Positions 7,255 to 15,900 of a DNA stretch of 30,023 nt are shown here, piece by piece. The notes beneath the pieces were generated by a model. It ran no database searches. It saw only the letters and a program-made list of their open reading frames with translations, and was not told the DNA's origin. Made by a program: the position numbers and the translations under genes. The stretch's first letter is position 1, and the number at the start of each line of letters is the position of its first letter. This DNA comes from Chthoniobacterales bacterium. Lineage in GTDB: Bacteria > Verrucomicrobiota > Verrucomicrobiia > Chthoniobacterales > UBA10450. The stretch is taken from positions 1 through 30,023 of the forward strand of contig JBPCRH010000039.1 of assembly GCA_050997075.1 (NCBI GenBank). Reading direction: 5' to 3'.

Positions 7255-8793
7255 CTATGAGGCGCTGATTGGGAGGTGGTGTGATTTGATCGGACAATTG
7301 GCGCAGGCCGGGTCGCCTTCCGGCCGAAACATGTTCCGGCGCAGACGTTGGAACGCTTCCCCATGGAAGATTTCGGCGAGAGTTTTTCCTTCGCTCAGAA
7401 ATCCCAGCGGCTTTTCGTGAAAGGGACAGGGCAGCACTTCATTTTGGTCCCGCAGCGTGATTTCCGAGAACGGCCGATTACAAAAGGTGGTGGAAAATTC
7501 CTCGGCCACGGAGCCCTCCCAGATTCTCGACCGATCGTTGCTGTACTTTGTGAGCGCCGGTAACGCTTCGCCCGACGGCTGCGGTTGCACGTGATTAAAA
7601 TCGGTCCAGTCAACCTCCGGCTCCTCAAGCGGCGGAGTCCACGAACCCGCGCCTGCAAAGGCCGGTGGAAGGAAAATCCCCACTCCCAGCCGATTCGCCT
7701 CCGCCAGGATCCGCGCTCGATAAAAATTATATCTTGCGGGCTGATCCGCGAGCAGATCATCAGGCGAAAAGTATTTTTTGATCGGCACCAAATGCCGGAA
7801 GTCGATCGATTCCGCGCCCAGCGCCTGCGCCATCCTAACGAACGCCGGGGCTTCGTGAATGTTCCGATTCATCATCACGAAATTAAAAACAAAGGTGGGC
7901 CGTTGCGCGCCGCAACTCCGCCGGAGATCACGCAACGCCATGATGTTTCCCACCACCTGCTCATAAGAACAGCCCACGCGGATCGATTCGAGCAGAGGCT
8001 TGCTCACGGCATCGATCGAAAAAAGCAATCGCGCCACACCCGTCTCCAAAATGCACCGGCGGATCGGCGCCCGCAGGAGCATTGCATTGGTGCAGAATTC
8101 GATCGCCACCTCGGGATGTTCGCGCGCGAGATACTCGAGAATCCCGGGGAGGTGTTTCGAAACCAAAGGCTCGTCGCCGCAGGAAAGCATCACCTCGCGC
8201 ACGGACGGCCCGATGCCGTCGAAAAGCCTTTTGAATTCGTCGGTCGTGAGCTGGGTAGTCGGCCGCTTGAAAATGGCGTCATCGCTGAAGTGACACATCA
8301 CGCAGCGCAAATTGCACTTGTTGATGATATCGAGACGCAGAGTGAGCGCACGCTGTTTGCCTAACGAACGGAGAAAACGATTTTCAAATTCAGCGGGCTC
8401 CTCCAGCGCGCCGAAAACCTCGTGATCCTCCTCCACCGCCGTCGTGTCGTTCAGCGCGATCTTCTGAACCTCGCGCGTGTCAAAGTTTACCGAGACGCGA
8501 TGTATTCCAGCGCCGACCCTGACGAACAGAGTGGCCTCGCCGCCAAACAAGATTTGAGTAGCGATCGTTAGGCGAAATCCGGAATCTTCCGCGCCCGGAT
8601 AAAGCGGGTAAGCCGCGCGCACATCTGGCCGCGGAAAACCGAGCGGCAGTTGTTCGTACTGAATATCGACATTGTAGAGATAGAGCGCGCCGATGGGAGT
8701 GGTCGCAATGCACCAACCTTCCACTCGGGTGATCCGCCCGTCGGCAGGATCGCGCCGTGCGAGATCGCTGCAAAAAATGAGGTGCTCGTCCAT
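7255..8793 (-). CDS. Radical SAM protein with a SPASM/twitch-like C-terminus and an N-terminal GW..RPDV..SGF module
   Basis: CNLRCVMC (CxxxCxxC), SCGDEPL, FCTNA and FSIDA motifs; C-terminal CNRPF...LPCPF...CANCP. Confidence 0.92.
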   Translation of the reverse strand: MDEHLIFCSDLARRDPADGRITRVEGWCIATTPIGALYLYNVDIQYEQLPLGFPRPDVRAAYPLYPGAEDSGFRLTIATQILFGGEATLFVRVGAGIHRVSVNFDTREVQKIALNDTTAVEEDHEVFGALEEPAEFENRFLRSLGKQRALTLRLDIINKCNLRCVMCHFSDDAIFKRPTTQLTTDEFKRLFDGIGPSVREVMLSCGDEPLVSKHLPGILEYLAREHPEVAIEFCTNAMLLRAPIRRCILETGVARLLFSIDAVSKPLLESIRVGCSYEQVVGNIMALRDLRRSCGAQRPTFVFNFVMMNRNIHEAPAFVRMAQALGAESIDFRHLVPIKKYFSPDDLLADQPARYNFYRARILAEANRLGVGIFLPPAFAGAGSWTPPLEEPEVDWTDFNHVQPQPSGEALPALTKYSNDRSRIWEGSVAEEFSTTFCNRPFSEITLRDQNEVLPCPFHEKPLGFLSEGKTLAEIFHGEAFQRLRRNMFRPEGDPACANCPIKSHHLPISAS

Positions 8794-8856
8794 GGAAACC
8801 GCCGCCTCAGCTTAGGTCATCCCCGCCGGAATGCCATGTGCCGCGCTCGCGAGCTG

Positions 8857-9978
8857 CTACGCCTGCTGGTCGAGCAGACAGGTGCTGGAGAATTCTTTCG
8901 GGTGGGATGCGCTAAAATCGTGATAGCACACGGCGCCTTTCACGAAATAGTGGCTCACCAGCGCGTGGCGCGAGAGCCGCAGATCGCGCCGGGGAGAACC
9001 GCCGTGGATGAGGTTCGCATGCCAAAAAAGGACATCCCCTTTTTTGGCGTGGAAGTAATGAGGTTTCATCCCGTGCTCCTTCAGCAGCTCTTGTATCCGC
9101 GGTTCATATTTTTCGTAATATGCCGTGAACCCGGTTTCCCGGTAATCGTTTTCCCCAATGCCGACGTCTTTGCTCAGCACGTAAGGGAGACGATGACTAC
9201 CTGGATAATAAACGAGCGGTCCTGAGTCCGGGTGAATGTCTTCGAAAGCAACCCAGGAGGCAGTCAAATAACCGATCGGATAAGTCGTCATGTGGATCGA
9301 ATCGGAATGTTCTTTTTGCTGACTTCCTTTATGAGAAGCGATCGTCTGAAATGGCGCCGGCTCGTGCTCCATCAGCAGACGAACCCAATGGAGAAGCTTC
9401 GGGTGCCGCATCACCCGGCAAATAGCCGGCACTTTCATATGCGGATCCTGATACCGCCCCGGCCAGGGATCATCAGGTCCGATCTTTTCCGGTTGCAGCT
9501 CGACCACACCGTCGGCGATCGCCTTGTCATATGCGGCCCACACTTCATCCAGCAGTTCAGGTTCGATCGCGCGTTCGAGAATGAGGTAGCCATTCTCTTT
9601 CCAACAGCGGAACTGTTCTGCTTCGTATTCTCCGATGGCGCCGGCTGCGAGTTTGGCTTCAATCTGCGCGTCGGCGTCGGCGCAATCGAGCCACGGGAAA
9701 GGACCGGCGTAGGGAAATTTCTCGAAGCGCGGCTTCTCAAAGTCGCCGGCGGCGACCTTCACCTCAGCAAACGGCACGCTCTCCTCCTCATGAGCAACTG
9801 GCCCGACCTCGGTGAGACTTAGCGCCAGGGCTTGCAGTCGCGCGTCACGTTCCGCGACAGTTGTTGTGAGACGCTGAATCTTGCGATCCAGTTTCTCGCG
9901 CTCTTTCTCCAGCCGTTCGACGTTCTTGATTAACGGCCGAAACAAAGGCAACGCGCGCAGGATCGGATGCTGTTTCAT
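8857..9978 (-). CDS. Phytanoyl-CoA dioxygenase (PhyH)-family Fe(II)/2-oxoglutarate dioxygenase with an N-terminal coiled coil
   Basis: HSD...WVAFED...SGPLVYYPGSH...GDVLFWHANLIHGG (HxD..H triad). Start at ATG 9978. Confidence 0.9.
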   Translation of the reverse strand: MKQHPILRALPLFRPLIKNVERLEKEREKLDRKIQRLTTTVAERDARLQALALSLTEVGPVAHEEESVPFAEVKVAAGDFEKPRFEKFPYAGPFPWLDCADADAQIEAKLAAGAIGEYEAEQFRCWKENGYLILERAIEPELLDEVWAAYDKAIADGVVELQPEKIGPDDPWPGRYQDPHMKVPAICRVMRHPKLLHWVRLLMEHEPAPFQTIASHKGSQQKEHSDSIHMTTYPIGYLTASWVAFEDIHPDSGPLVYYPGSHRLPYVLSKDVGIGENDYRETGFTAYYEKYEPRIQELLKEHGMKPHYFHAKKGDVLFWHANLIHGGSPRRDLRLSRHALVSHYFVKGAVCYHDFSASHPKEFSSTCLLDQQA

Positions 9979-10087
9979 GCTTTGATCGTTGGCAAGTTTA
10001 AGTCCTTGCGCAACTTCAGGGGTCAGCAAAGATGACCGGGAATTGGAATTGGCACAACGCCAAAACTGCATTTCCCGTTTTCTTCGC

Positions 10088-11191
10088 ATGGAAAGTTTTT
10101 CCGCACTCCGGGTTTTGTTTTTCGCGCATGAGACGACCTGGAGCGGAGCGCCGATTCAGCTGCTCCATTTGGTCACGTGGCTACAACGCCACGGCTGGCA
10201 GGTGGCCGTCGTGGTCCCCAATCCCGCTACGCCGGAATCAGGTCCGATTTCGGATCAGCTCAGAGAGAACGGTTTGGAGATTTTTCCGTTGCTCGACCTT
10301 GCCGTTGAGCCTGATTTGGCGGCGCTGCGCTCCTTGTGCAAAAAATTCGACGCCGTCGTCGCCAACACCCTGGTCATGTCCGCGGCGGTGCGCGCGGCGC
10401 ACGAGGCAGGCATAGCGGCCATCTGGTATATCCATGAAAGCCTCGTCGCTCGGCAGTTGATGGCGCAACATGCCGAAATTCAACCGACATTCGCGCTGGC
10501 TGATCTCCTCGTGATGCCGACCCGCCGCACGTCGCAAATTTATCTTTCCTTCACCGATCGTCCGATCGAAGTGGTGCCCTACGGCATTCCGGCGGCCGTG
10601 GCTTCCAAGGCCACGAAGCGGGATGATCCCGCACTGTGCACGTTTCTGCTCCTGGGTTGCTACGAGTTACGCAAGGGCCAGGATATCTTGCTTGAAGCGA
10701 TCGCGGGAATGCCCGCGACCGTGCGCGAGCGGGCCATCTTTCGAATGGCGGGCCGCAAGCTGGATCGGAAGTTTTACGAAGCGCTCGCGCGCACGGCGGC
10801 GGCTTTGCCTGAGGTTGAACTGCTCGACGCGCTCGACCATGACGAGGCCTGCGCCGCCCTTGCCGCTGCGGACGTCCTCGTCTGCGCCTCGCGCGATGAA
10901 ACAATGCCGATCGCGATTCTGGAAGCGATGAGTCTCGGGAAAGCAGTCGTGAGCACAGAGGTCGGCGGCATCAGTGAGTGGCTCTGCGACCGCCAGAACG
11001 CGCTGCTCGTTCCAACGGACGATAGCCCTGCTCTCATGCAGGCGATGAGACGCTGCATCGAAGAGTCGCGGTTGCTGGAGTCGTTAGGCAGGAACGCGCA
11101 AGCTACCTTTCGCGAGAATTTTTCTGTCGATCGGTTAGGCGAACGCTTTTCGGCTTTGATCGAGCGCGCGCTGAGCATGAAAATTCGATGA
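10088..11191 (+). CDS. Glycosyltransferase family 4 (GT-B)
   Basis: SGAP, WYIHE, RKGQDILLEA and ETMPIAILEAMSLGKAVVSTEVGG motifs. Start at ATG 10088. Confidence 0.92.
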   Translation: MESFSALRVLFFAHETTWSGAPIQLLHLVTWLQRHGWQVAVVVPNPATPESGPISDQLRENGLEIFPLLDLAVEPDLAALRSLCKKFDAVVANTLVMSAAVRAAHEAGIAAIWYIHESLVARQLMAQHAEIQPTFALADLLVMPTRRTSQIYLSFTDRPIEVVPYGIPAAVASKATKRDDPALCTFLLLGCYELRKGQDILLEAIAGMPATVRERAIFRMAGRKLDRKFYEALARTAAALPEVELLDALDHDEACAALAAADVLVCASRDETMPIAILEAMSLGKAVVSTEVGGISEWLCDRQNALLVPTDDSPALMQAMRRCIEESRLLESLGRNAQATFRENFSVDRLGERFSALIERALSMKIR

Positions 11192-12795
11192 CCTACACCG
11201 ACTGGATCGTCCGCTACGACACTTTGACGCCCGAGAAACGTGCTGAGCTTCGCCGCGAAGTCTACGCGTTGAGTGATCAGCCGCTCATCTCGATTCTCCT
11301 GCCGGTTTACAATGCCGATCTAAGATTCCTGGACGAAGCGATCGCTTCGGTGCGGCGACAGATTTATGACAAGTGGGAGCTCTGTATTGCCGACGATGCG
11401 TCCACCAACCTGCGAGTAAGGTCCTATCTCGAGGCGCTCGCCTGGAGCGATACGCGCATCAAACTGCTCTTCCGCGAGGTGAACGGCCACATCTCTGCCT
11501 GCTCCAATTCGGCGCTCACGCTGGCCAGCGGTGATTGGTGTGCGCTCCTCGACCAGGATGATGCGCTCGCCGAAAACGCGCTCGCCGAAGTCGCCTGCGC
11601 AATCGCGGGACACGCAGACCCTGGCATCATTTACTCCGACGAAGATTTCCTCGACTCGTTAGGCGCGCGTTCCAACCCATTCTTCAAGCCGGATTGGAAT
11701 CCCGAACTCTTTTTGGGACAGAATTACCTTAACCATCTTGGCGTTTATCGGACGAGTCTGCTGCGCGAAATCGGCGGATTCCGCGAAGGGTTTGAAGGTT
11801 CCCAGGATTACGATCTTGCGCTGCGCTGTCGCGCGCGTTTGCGACCCGATCAAATTCTTCACGTCCCGCGCATTCTTTATCATTGGCGAATGATTGTGGG
11901 AAGTCTCGCCGACCAGCCCGATGCGAAACCATACGCGCGCCACGCCGCGCGCCGGGCGCTCAACAGTTACTTGCGCGAATGTGGGATCGCAGCTCAGGCA
12001 GAGGCCTGCCCGGAAAATGCAGAATCGCATCGTGTCATTTACGAGCTGCCAGTACCGTTTCCGAGCGTGACAATCCTGCTGATGGGGCGCGACAGGCCGT
12101 CCTCGCTGGAGCGCACTGATTATCCCGCGCTTGAATTTATTCTGGCGGAACCCGGTGCAGCCGGAGCGAACTTCGCGGCGAGAAATGCTCGCGGAGAAGT
12201 CCTCGTTTTTTTGAGCGGCGAAATTGAAGTTATCGAACCGTCCTGGCTCAGAGAGATGGTTAGTCACGCCATCAGACTCGAGGTCGGGGCGGTGGGCGCG
12301 CGCCTTTGGTCGGCCGATGGGAATCTTGACGATGGAGACCTGATCCTCGGCCTGGGCGGAATTGCCGCCCCGGCGTTTCGCGGCTTTCCGCGGGGGCACC
12401 CGGGCTATTTTAATCGCGCCTGGCTCCAGCAAAATTGTTCGGCTGTTTCGGCCGCCTGCATGGTCATGCGGAAAGAAGCTTTTACTCAGCTCGACGGCTT
12501 CGACGAACGGAATCTCTCGCGCCGCTTTTTCGACGTGGATTTCTGCCTCCGGCTGCGCCAGCGCGGGTTGCAAGTGGTCTGGACGCCGTATGCCAACCTA
12601 ATCTTTCGCGGGTCCGGCTCGCGCGAGGAATCGCAATCCTCAGCCGAAGCGGTTTACATGCAGAAGCAGTGGGGCCCGCAGTTACGCAACGATCCATTTT
12701 ACAATCCTAACCTGTCGCTCGATCCACCAGGATTTGGGATAGCGTTTCCGCCCCGGCCCAATGACATTAACTCTGGCCAACGACCGGTCCGGTGA
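11188..12795 (+). CDS. Glycosyltransferase family 2, two GT-A domains, second domain degenerate
   Basis: ISILLPVYN, CIADDAS, LLDQDD, YSDED and SQDYDL in domain 1. ATGA overlap with the upstream GT4. Confidence 0.92.
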   Translation: MTYTDWIVRYDTLTPEKRAELRREVYALSDQPLISILLPVYNADLRFLDEAIASVRRQIYDKWELCIADDASTNLRVRSYLEALAWSDTRIKLLFREVNGHISACSNSALTLASGDWCALLDQDDALAENALAEVACAIAGHADPGIIYSDEDFLDSLGARSNPFFKPDWNPELFLGQNYLNHLGVYRTSLLREIGGFREGFEGSQDYDLALRCRARLRPDQILHVPRILYHWRMIVGSLADQPDAKPYARHAARRALNSYLRECGIAAQAEACPENAESHRVIYELPVPFPSVTILLMGRDRPSSLERTDYPALEFILAEPGAAGANFAARNARGEVLVFLSGEIEVIEPSWLREMVSHAIRLEVGAVGARLWSADGNLDDGDLILGLGGIAAPAFRGFPRGHPGYFNRAWLQQNCSAVSAACMVMRKEAFTQLDGFDERNLSRRFFDVDFCLRLRQRGLQVVWTPYANLIFRGSGSREESQSSAEAVYMQKQWGPQLRNDPFYNPNLSLDPPGFGIAFPPRPNDINSGQRPVR

Positions 12796-12806
12796 CGGGA
12801 TCGATC

Positions 12807-12890
12807 GTGAATGTCCTCGGTATCTCCGCCTTTTATCATGATCATCCCGCCTGTCTGCTAAGGGAGGCGAGATCATCGCCGCCGCGCGCG
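12807..12890 (+). pseudogene. N-terminal remnant of a NodU/CmcH-family carbamoyltransferase
   Basis: GTG start gives (M)NVLGISAFYHDHPACLLR, then a frameshift to GEIIAAA. Matches the family N-terminus (ILGISAFYHDSAA..DGEIIAAAQEERF); the rest of the gene is absent. Confidence 0.75.
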
Positions 12891-12913
12891 AGTTTTTCCC
12901 CGCGACGCCGCTC

Positions 12914-13080
12914 GTGATCAACCCTAACGGCAATTACAAATTCGCCCGCGTTTTCAAGCGCGGGCTCTATCCAGATAAGCTCATCGTTTCCGTCGATGGC
13001 CTTTACCAAAGTTCCTACGAGCAATATCGCATCAATGGCGACGCCGCGACTGCCTTCCAGTTCATGCACGATGCCAAGCG
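12914..13080 (+). pseudogene. Internal fragment of a radical SAM-type protein
   Basis: KLIVSVDGLYQSSYEQYRING resembles the SxDG..Y..YR.G strand of radical SAM/SPASM proteins. No CxxxCxxC; the frame degenerates after ~13080. Confidence 0.55.
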
Positions 13081-13398
13081 CGCTCCGGGCCGGTCGAGGA
13101 ACAGGCCGCGGAACTCGGCATCGACAACCTACAATTTGTCCTTACCCACACCTCCGAAAGATCGCGGCGCTTCACAGCTGCCAACATTGAAGATCTGCCG
13201 ATCGTCTGGCCGCTCGCCTATCCGGAGACGACGGCCAACCTTTATTTCAAGCGGCCGCAAGCTCGCGCGCTCACGCCGAACCGCACCGGTTTGGTCGCGG
13301 ACTTCGCGGGAGCCCGGGCGGGTGCAGATTACGCTGGACGATGTGCGCTCTTGGGCCGGCCGGCTTTTTCTCCACGGCCCCGCCGCTGCGGTTGCTCG

Positions 13399-15900
13399 TT
13401 AGGCAAAGCCGGAATCCGGGCGCGCGATCCCGAAGACGGTCGCGGCCGGCGGGAAGCGCCGCAGCAATTCGCCGTAGCGTTCGATGAAATGGTCGGCCAG
13501 CTCAGCCTCGAACAAGTTGGTCGAATTGATCATTGAAGTTTCGTGCTGGCGATAGAGGCAAAGTATATTCGGAACAAAAGCCACGCGAACTCCGCGGACC
13601 GCGAAACGCAGCCAGGTATCGTAATCTTCCCAGCCGAACCAACCAACTTGGCTTAGCTGATTATCGTAGCCCCCGAGATCGAGGAGAACGTCGCGGCGGA
13701 AAAGCGCCATCGCGTCAACGTAAGGATGTTGCACCAGGATTTGCGGGTCCCAGGCGTAAGGTGAAAGAAGCCCGACGCGATTCGCGGGACTGCCGTTGAA
13801 GCGGCAGAGCAAAGAATAAGCGGCGTCGCTCTCCTCCGCCGTGATTGCCGCAAACAACTCCCGCAAGGCGGCCGGAAAGACGAGGTTATCGGCGTCCATC
13901 ATGAAGACGAGGGAGCCTCGGGCGAGCTGCGTCCCGAGATTGCGTGCGTCGGCCAGGCCGGTGTTGAAACGCTTCGCGACGATGCGCACCGGCAAGCTCG
14001 AGTGGTTCTGAGAAAGGATCGCCCGCGAGAGCGAGTCATCCGTCGAGTTATCGTCGACTATCACAATTTCGATCGGTTCCCGCAATTGATTCGCCGCTTT
14101 CTCAATACTCTTGACGCAGTCGCCGATAAATTGCGCGTAATTGAACAGAGTGATGACAACAGAAAGAGCCGGCGTCTCGTCGCGCAGTGACGCCGCGTTG
14201 TGGTGTAGCGTCCAGACGCTCTTACCCGCGGTGCGCAGCTCTTCCTGTTCATCGAGGCGCGCGCGATAAGCCGCCCGGTTTTCGATCGCGCGGGCGCGTT
14301 GCGCGGCGAGCATGTCGGCGCTCGGTGGCGGCGTCGGCGCTTCTGGCGGATCGGGCCGATGAATGACCTCACGCAAGTCGGCCACCGCCGCCCGACGGAA
14401 ATCACGGCGCCGGAGACGCGAGAAATTTCGCCGCAACGCGCTTGGCAACGGCACCGGCGCGGCGTCGCGCGGAACATCGCAGCCCGCCGTCGCAAGTTCG
14501 CGCAGGAAATTTTCGCAGAGCTGCGCCTGCCGCAGATGTTTCTCGACAAAGGCGAAGCCCTGCTCCGCGATCCGCGCGCACTCGTTAGGCTGGCTCAGAT
14601 AATACTCGCAAGCCGGGATCAGATTTTCCGGCTCGACCATGATGAAATGCTCGCCCGGCACGAGCCGTCCGTATCCGTCGCAGGTTTCGGTGATGATGCA
14701 GCAGCCGTTGGCCAACCCGACGAGCATGCGATGCCATTCAAAATAGCGCTGCTCGGAATAGTGAACGTTGAGCAGGATTCGGGTGTCGGAGAGAAGCTCG
14801 TTGCGGCGTGCCGCGCTCAGGTAGCTGCGGGTTGCGGCCGTTTTTGCGAAGTGCAACGGGACGAAGCGAAGATGGCAGCGGCGTCGCGAAAAAAAATCGG
14901 CGTGCCGCGCGAAAAATTCCTCCCGGCGCGGCGTCAGCGACCCGAGAAAGGTGATTTCCGTGGCCCGAGCGCCGTGCGTCGGGCGCAGCGCGTGGGCGAG
15001 GAGGGGATGATAGCCGAGTGCAAGATGATGGCAGGTCACTTCGCGCGCGCGGTAGGCGAGCACGCCTAACGGGTTGATATCGGCCACCGCGCGCGCGGAG
15101 GGCGCCCACTCCAGATTGCTCAGGAACCAGCCGGTCTCCGGTTGCTCAGTGCAAAGGAGGACGGTGTGGCGGGTCAGCTCGCGGGCGCGCTCCCGCGAGA
15201 CCTCGCTCGTCAGGTAAAGATTGTATAACTCGTGCGGCGTGACGATGAGCTGCAGGATGTCGTGAGGCGGATTCTCCTCCGGCGGTTGATCGAGGTGCAG
15301 TTGCGCCGCGCAACCAAGCTCGCGAAAGCCCGCCGCGAGCAGCTCGGCAATCTCGAGAATGAACAGGTTCGAGCGGCTCGTCGCGAAAAGTTCGATTTCC
15401 CTGACCGCCCGCTCTGACGAAGCTGCGGGCGGCGCGGCGTCGTTCCCCCGGGGGGTGCTCCTCCTCTTCGTCGCAAAGGAGCGCGTGAGCGAGGAGGCGA
15501 CCAACTCCCGGACCCGCGGAAATCCCGCCCGCGAAAGACCCCGCAAGGGAAACGCCGTCACCGTTACGGTCCCAAAGGTGCGCCAGACGCGCATGTCATC
15601 GAGCACCTGCAGTTGCAAGCGGTTTCTGCCTAACGACAGCCGCAGCTCGAGGAGAAAGCCGCTTTTCATCGCTTCCGGCTGATCGGGAAAGGCGGCCGCC
15701 ACGTCCGGCCGGTTTCGTTTGCGCCGGCCGCGCACGATTTGCGGCTTCGCGAGCGGCCGTTGCACGAGCGCGCGGACGCCCTGGATCGGTTCGCCGCGGC
15801 GATGGAAAATCCAGCCGCTGATGTCGAGCTTCTCGCCAAAGAGCCGCGGCGCGATCCGCGCATCGAGGCGGAAAGCGTAATCCTCCGCAACGTCGCTCAT
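13399..15900 (-). CDS. Multidomain glycosyltransferase: N-terminal RPDV module, central CgeB-like GT-B domain, C-terminal GT2 domain
   Basis: Central ILLNVHYSEQRYFEWHRMLVGLANGCCIITE; C-terminal SVVITLFNYA, IVDDNS, ARNLG, MMDADN and WEDYD. ATG 15900 overlaps the upstream stop (ATGA). Confidence 0.88.
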   Translation of the reverse strand: MSDVAEDYAFRLDARIAPRLFGEKLDISGWIFHRRGEPIQGVRALVQRPLAKPQIVRGRRKRNRPDVAAAFPDQPEAMKSGFLLELRLSLGRNRLQLQVLDDMRVWRTFGTVTVTAFPLRGLSRAGFPRVRELVASSLTRSFATKRRSTPRGNDAAPPAASSERAVREIELFATSRSNLFILEIAELLAAGFRELGCAAQLHLDQPPEENPPHDILQLIVTPHELYNLYLTSEVSRERARELTRHTVLLCTEQPETGWFLSNLEWAPSARAVADINPLGVLAYRAREVTCHHLALGYHPLLAHALRPTHGARATEITFLGSLTPRREEFFARHADFFSRRRCHLRFVPLHFAKTAATRSYLSAARRNELLSDTRILLNVHYSEQRYFEWHRMLVGLANGCCIITETCDGYGRLVPGEHFIMVEPENLIPACEYYLSQPNECARIAEQGFAFVEKHLRQAQLCENFLRELATAGCDVPRDAAPVPLPSALRRNFSRLRRRDFRRAAVADLREVIHRPDPPEAPTPPPSADMLAAQRARAIENRAAYRARLDEQEELRTAGKSVWTLHHNAASLRDETPALSVVITLFNYAQFIGDCVKSIEKAANQLREPIEIVIVDDNSTDDSLSRAILSQNHSSLPVRIVAKRFNTGLADARNLGTQLARGSLVFMMDADNLVFPAALRELFAAITAEESDAAYSLLCRFNGSPANRVGLLSPYAWDPQILVQHPYVDAMALFRRDVLLDLGGYDNQLSQVGWFGWEDYDTWLRFAVRGVRVAFVPNILCLYRQHETSMINSTNLFEAELADHFIERYGELLRRFPPAATVFGIARPDSGFA

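Noticed and set aside
9979-10087. Sigma54 promoter in the divergent spacer (TGGCAC at ~10050)
   Set aside because: No TTGC at the required spacing from the -24 element.
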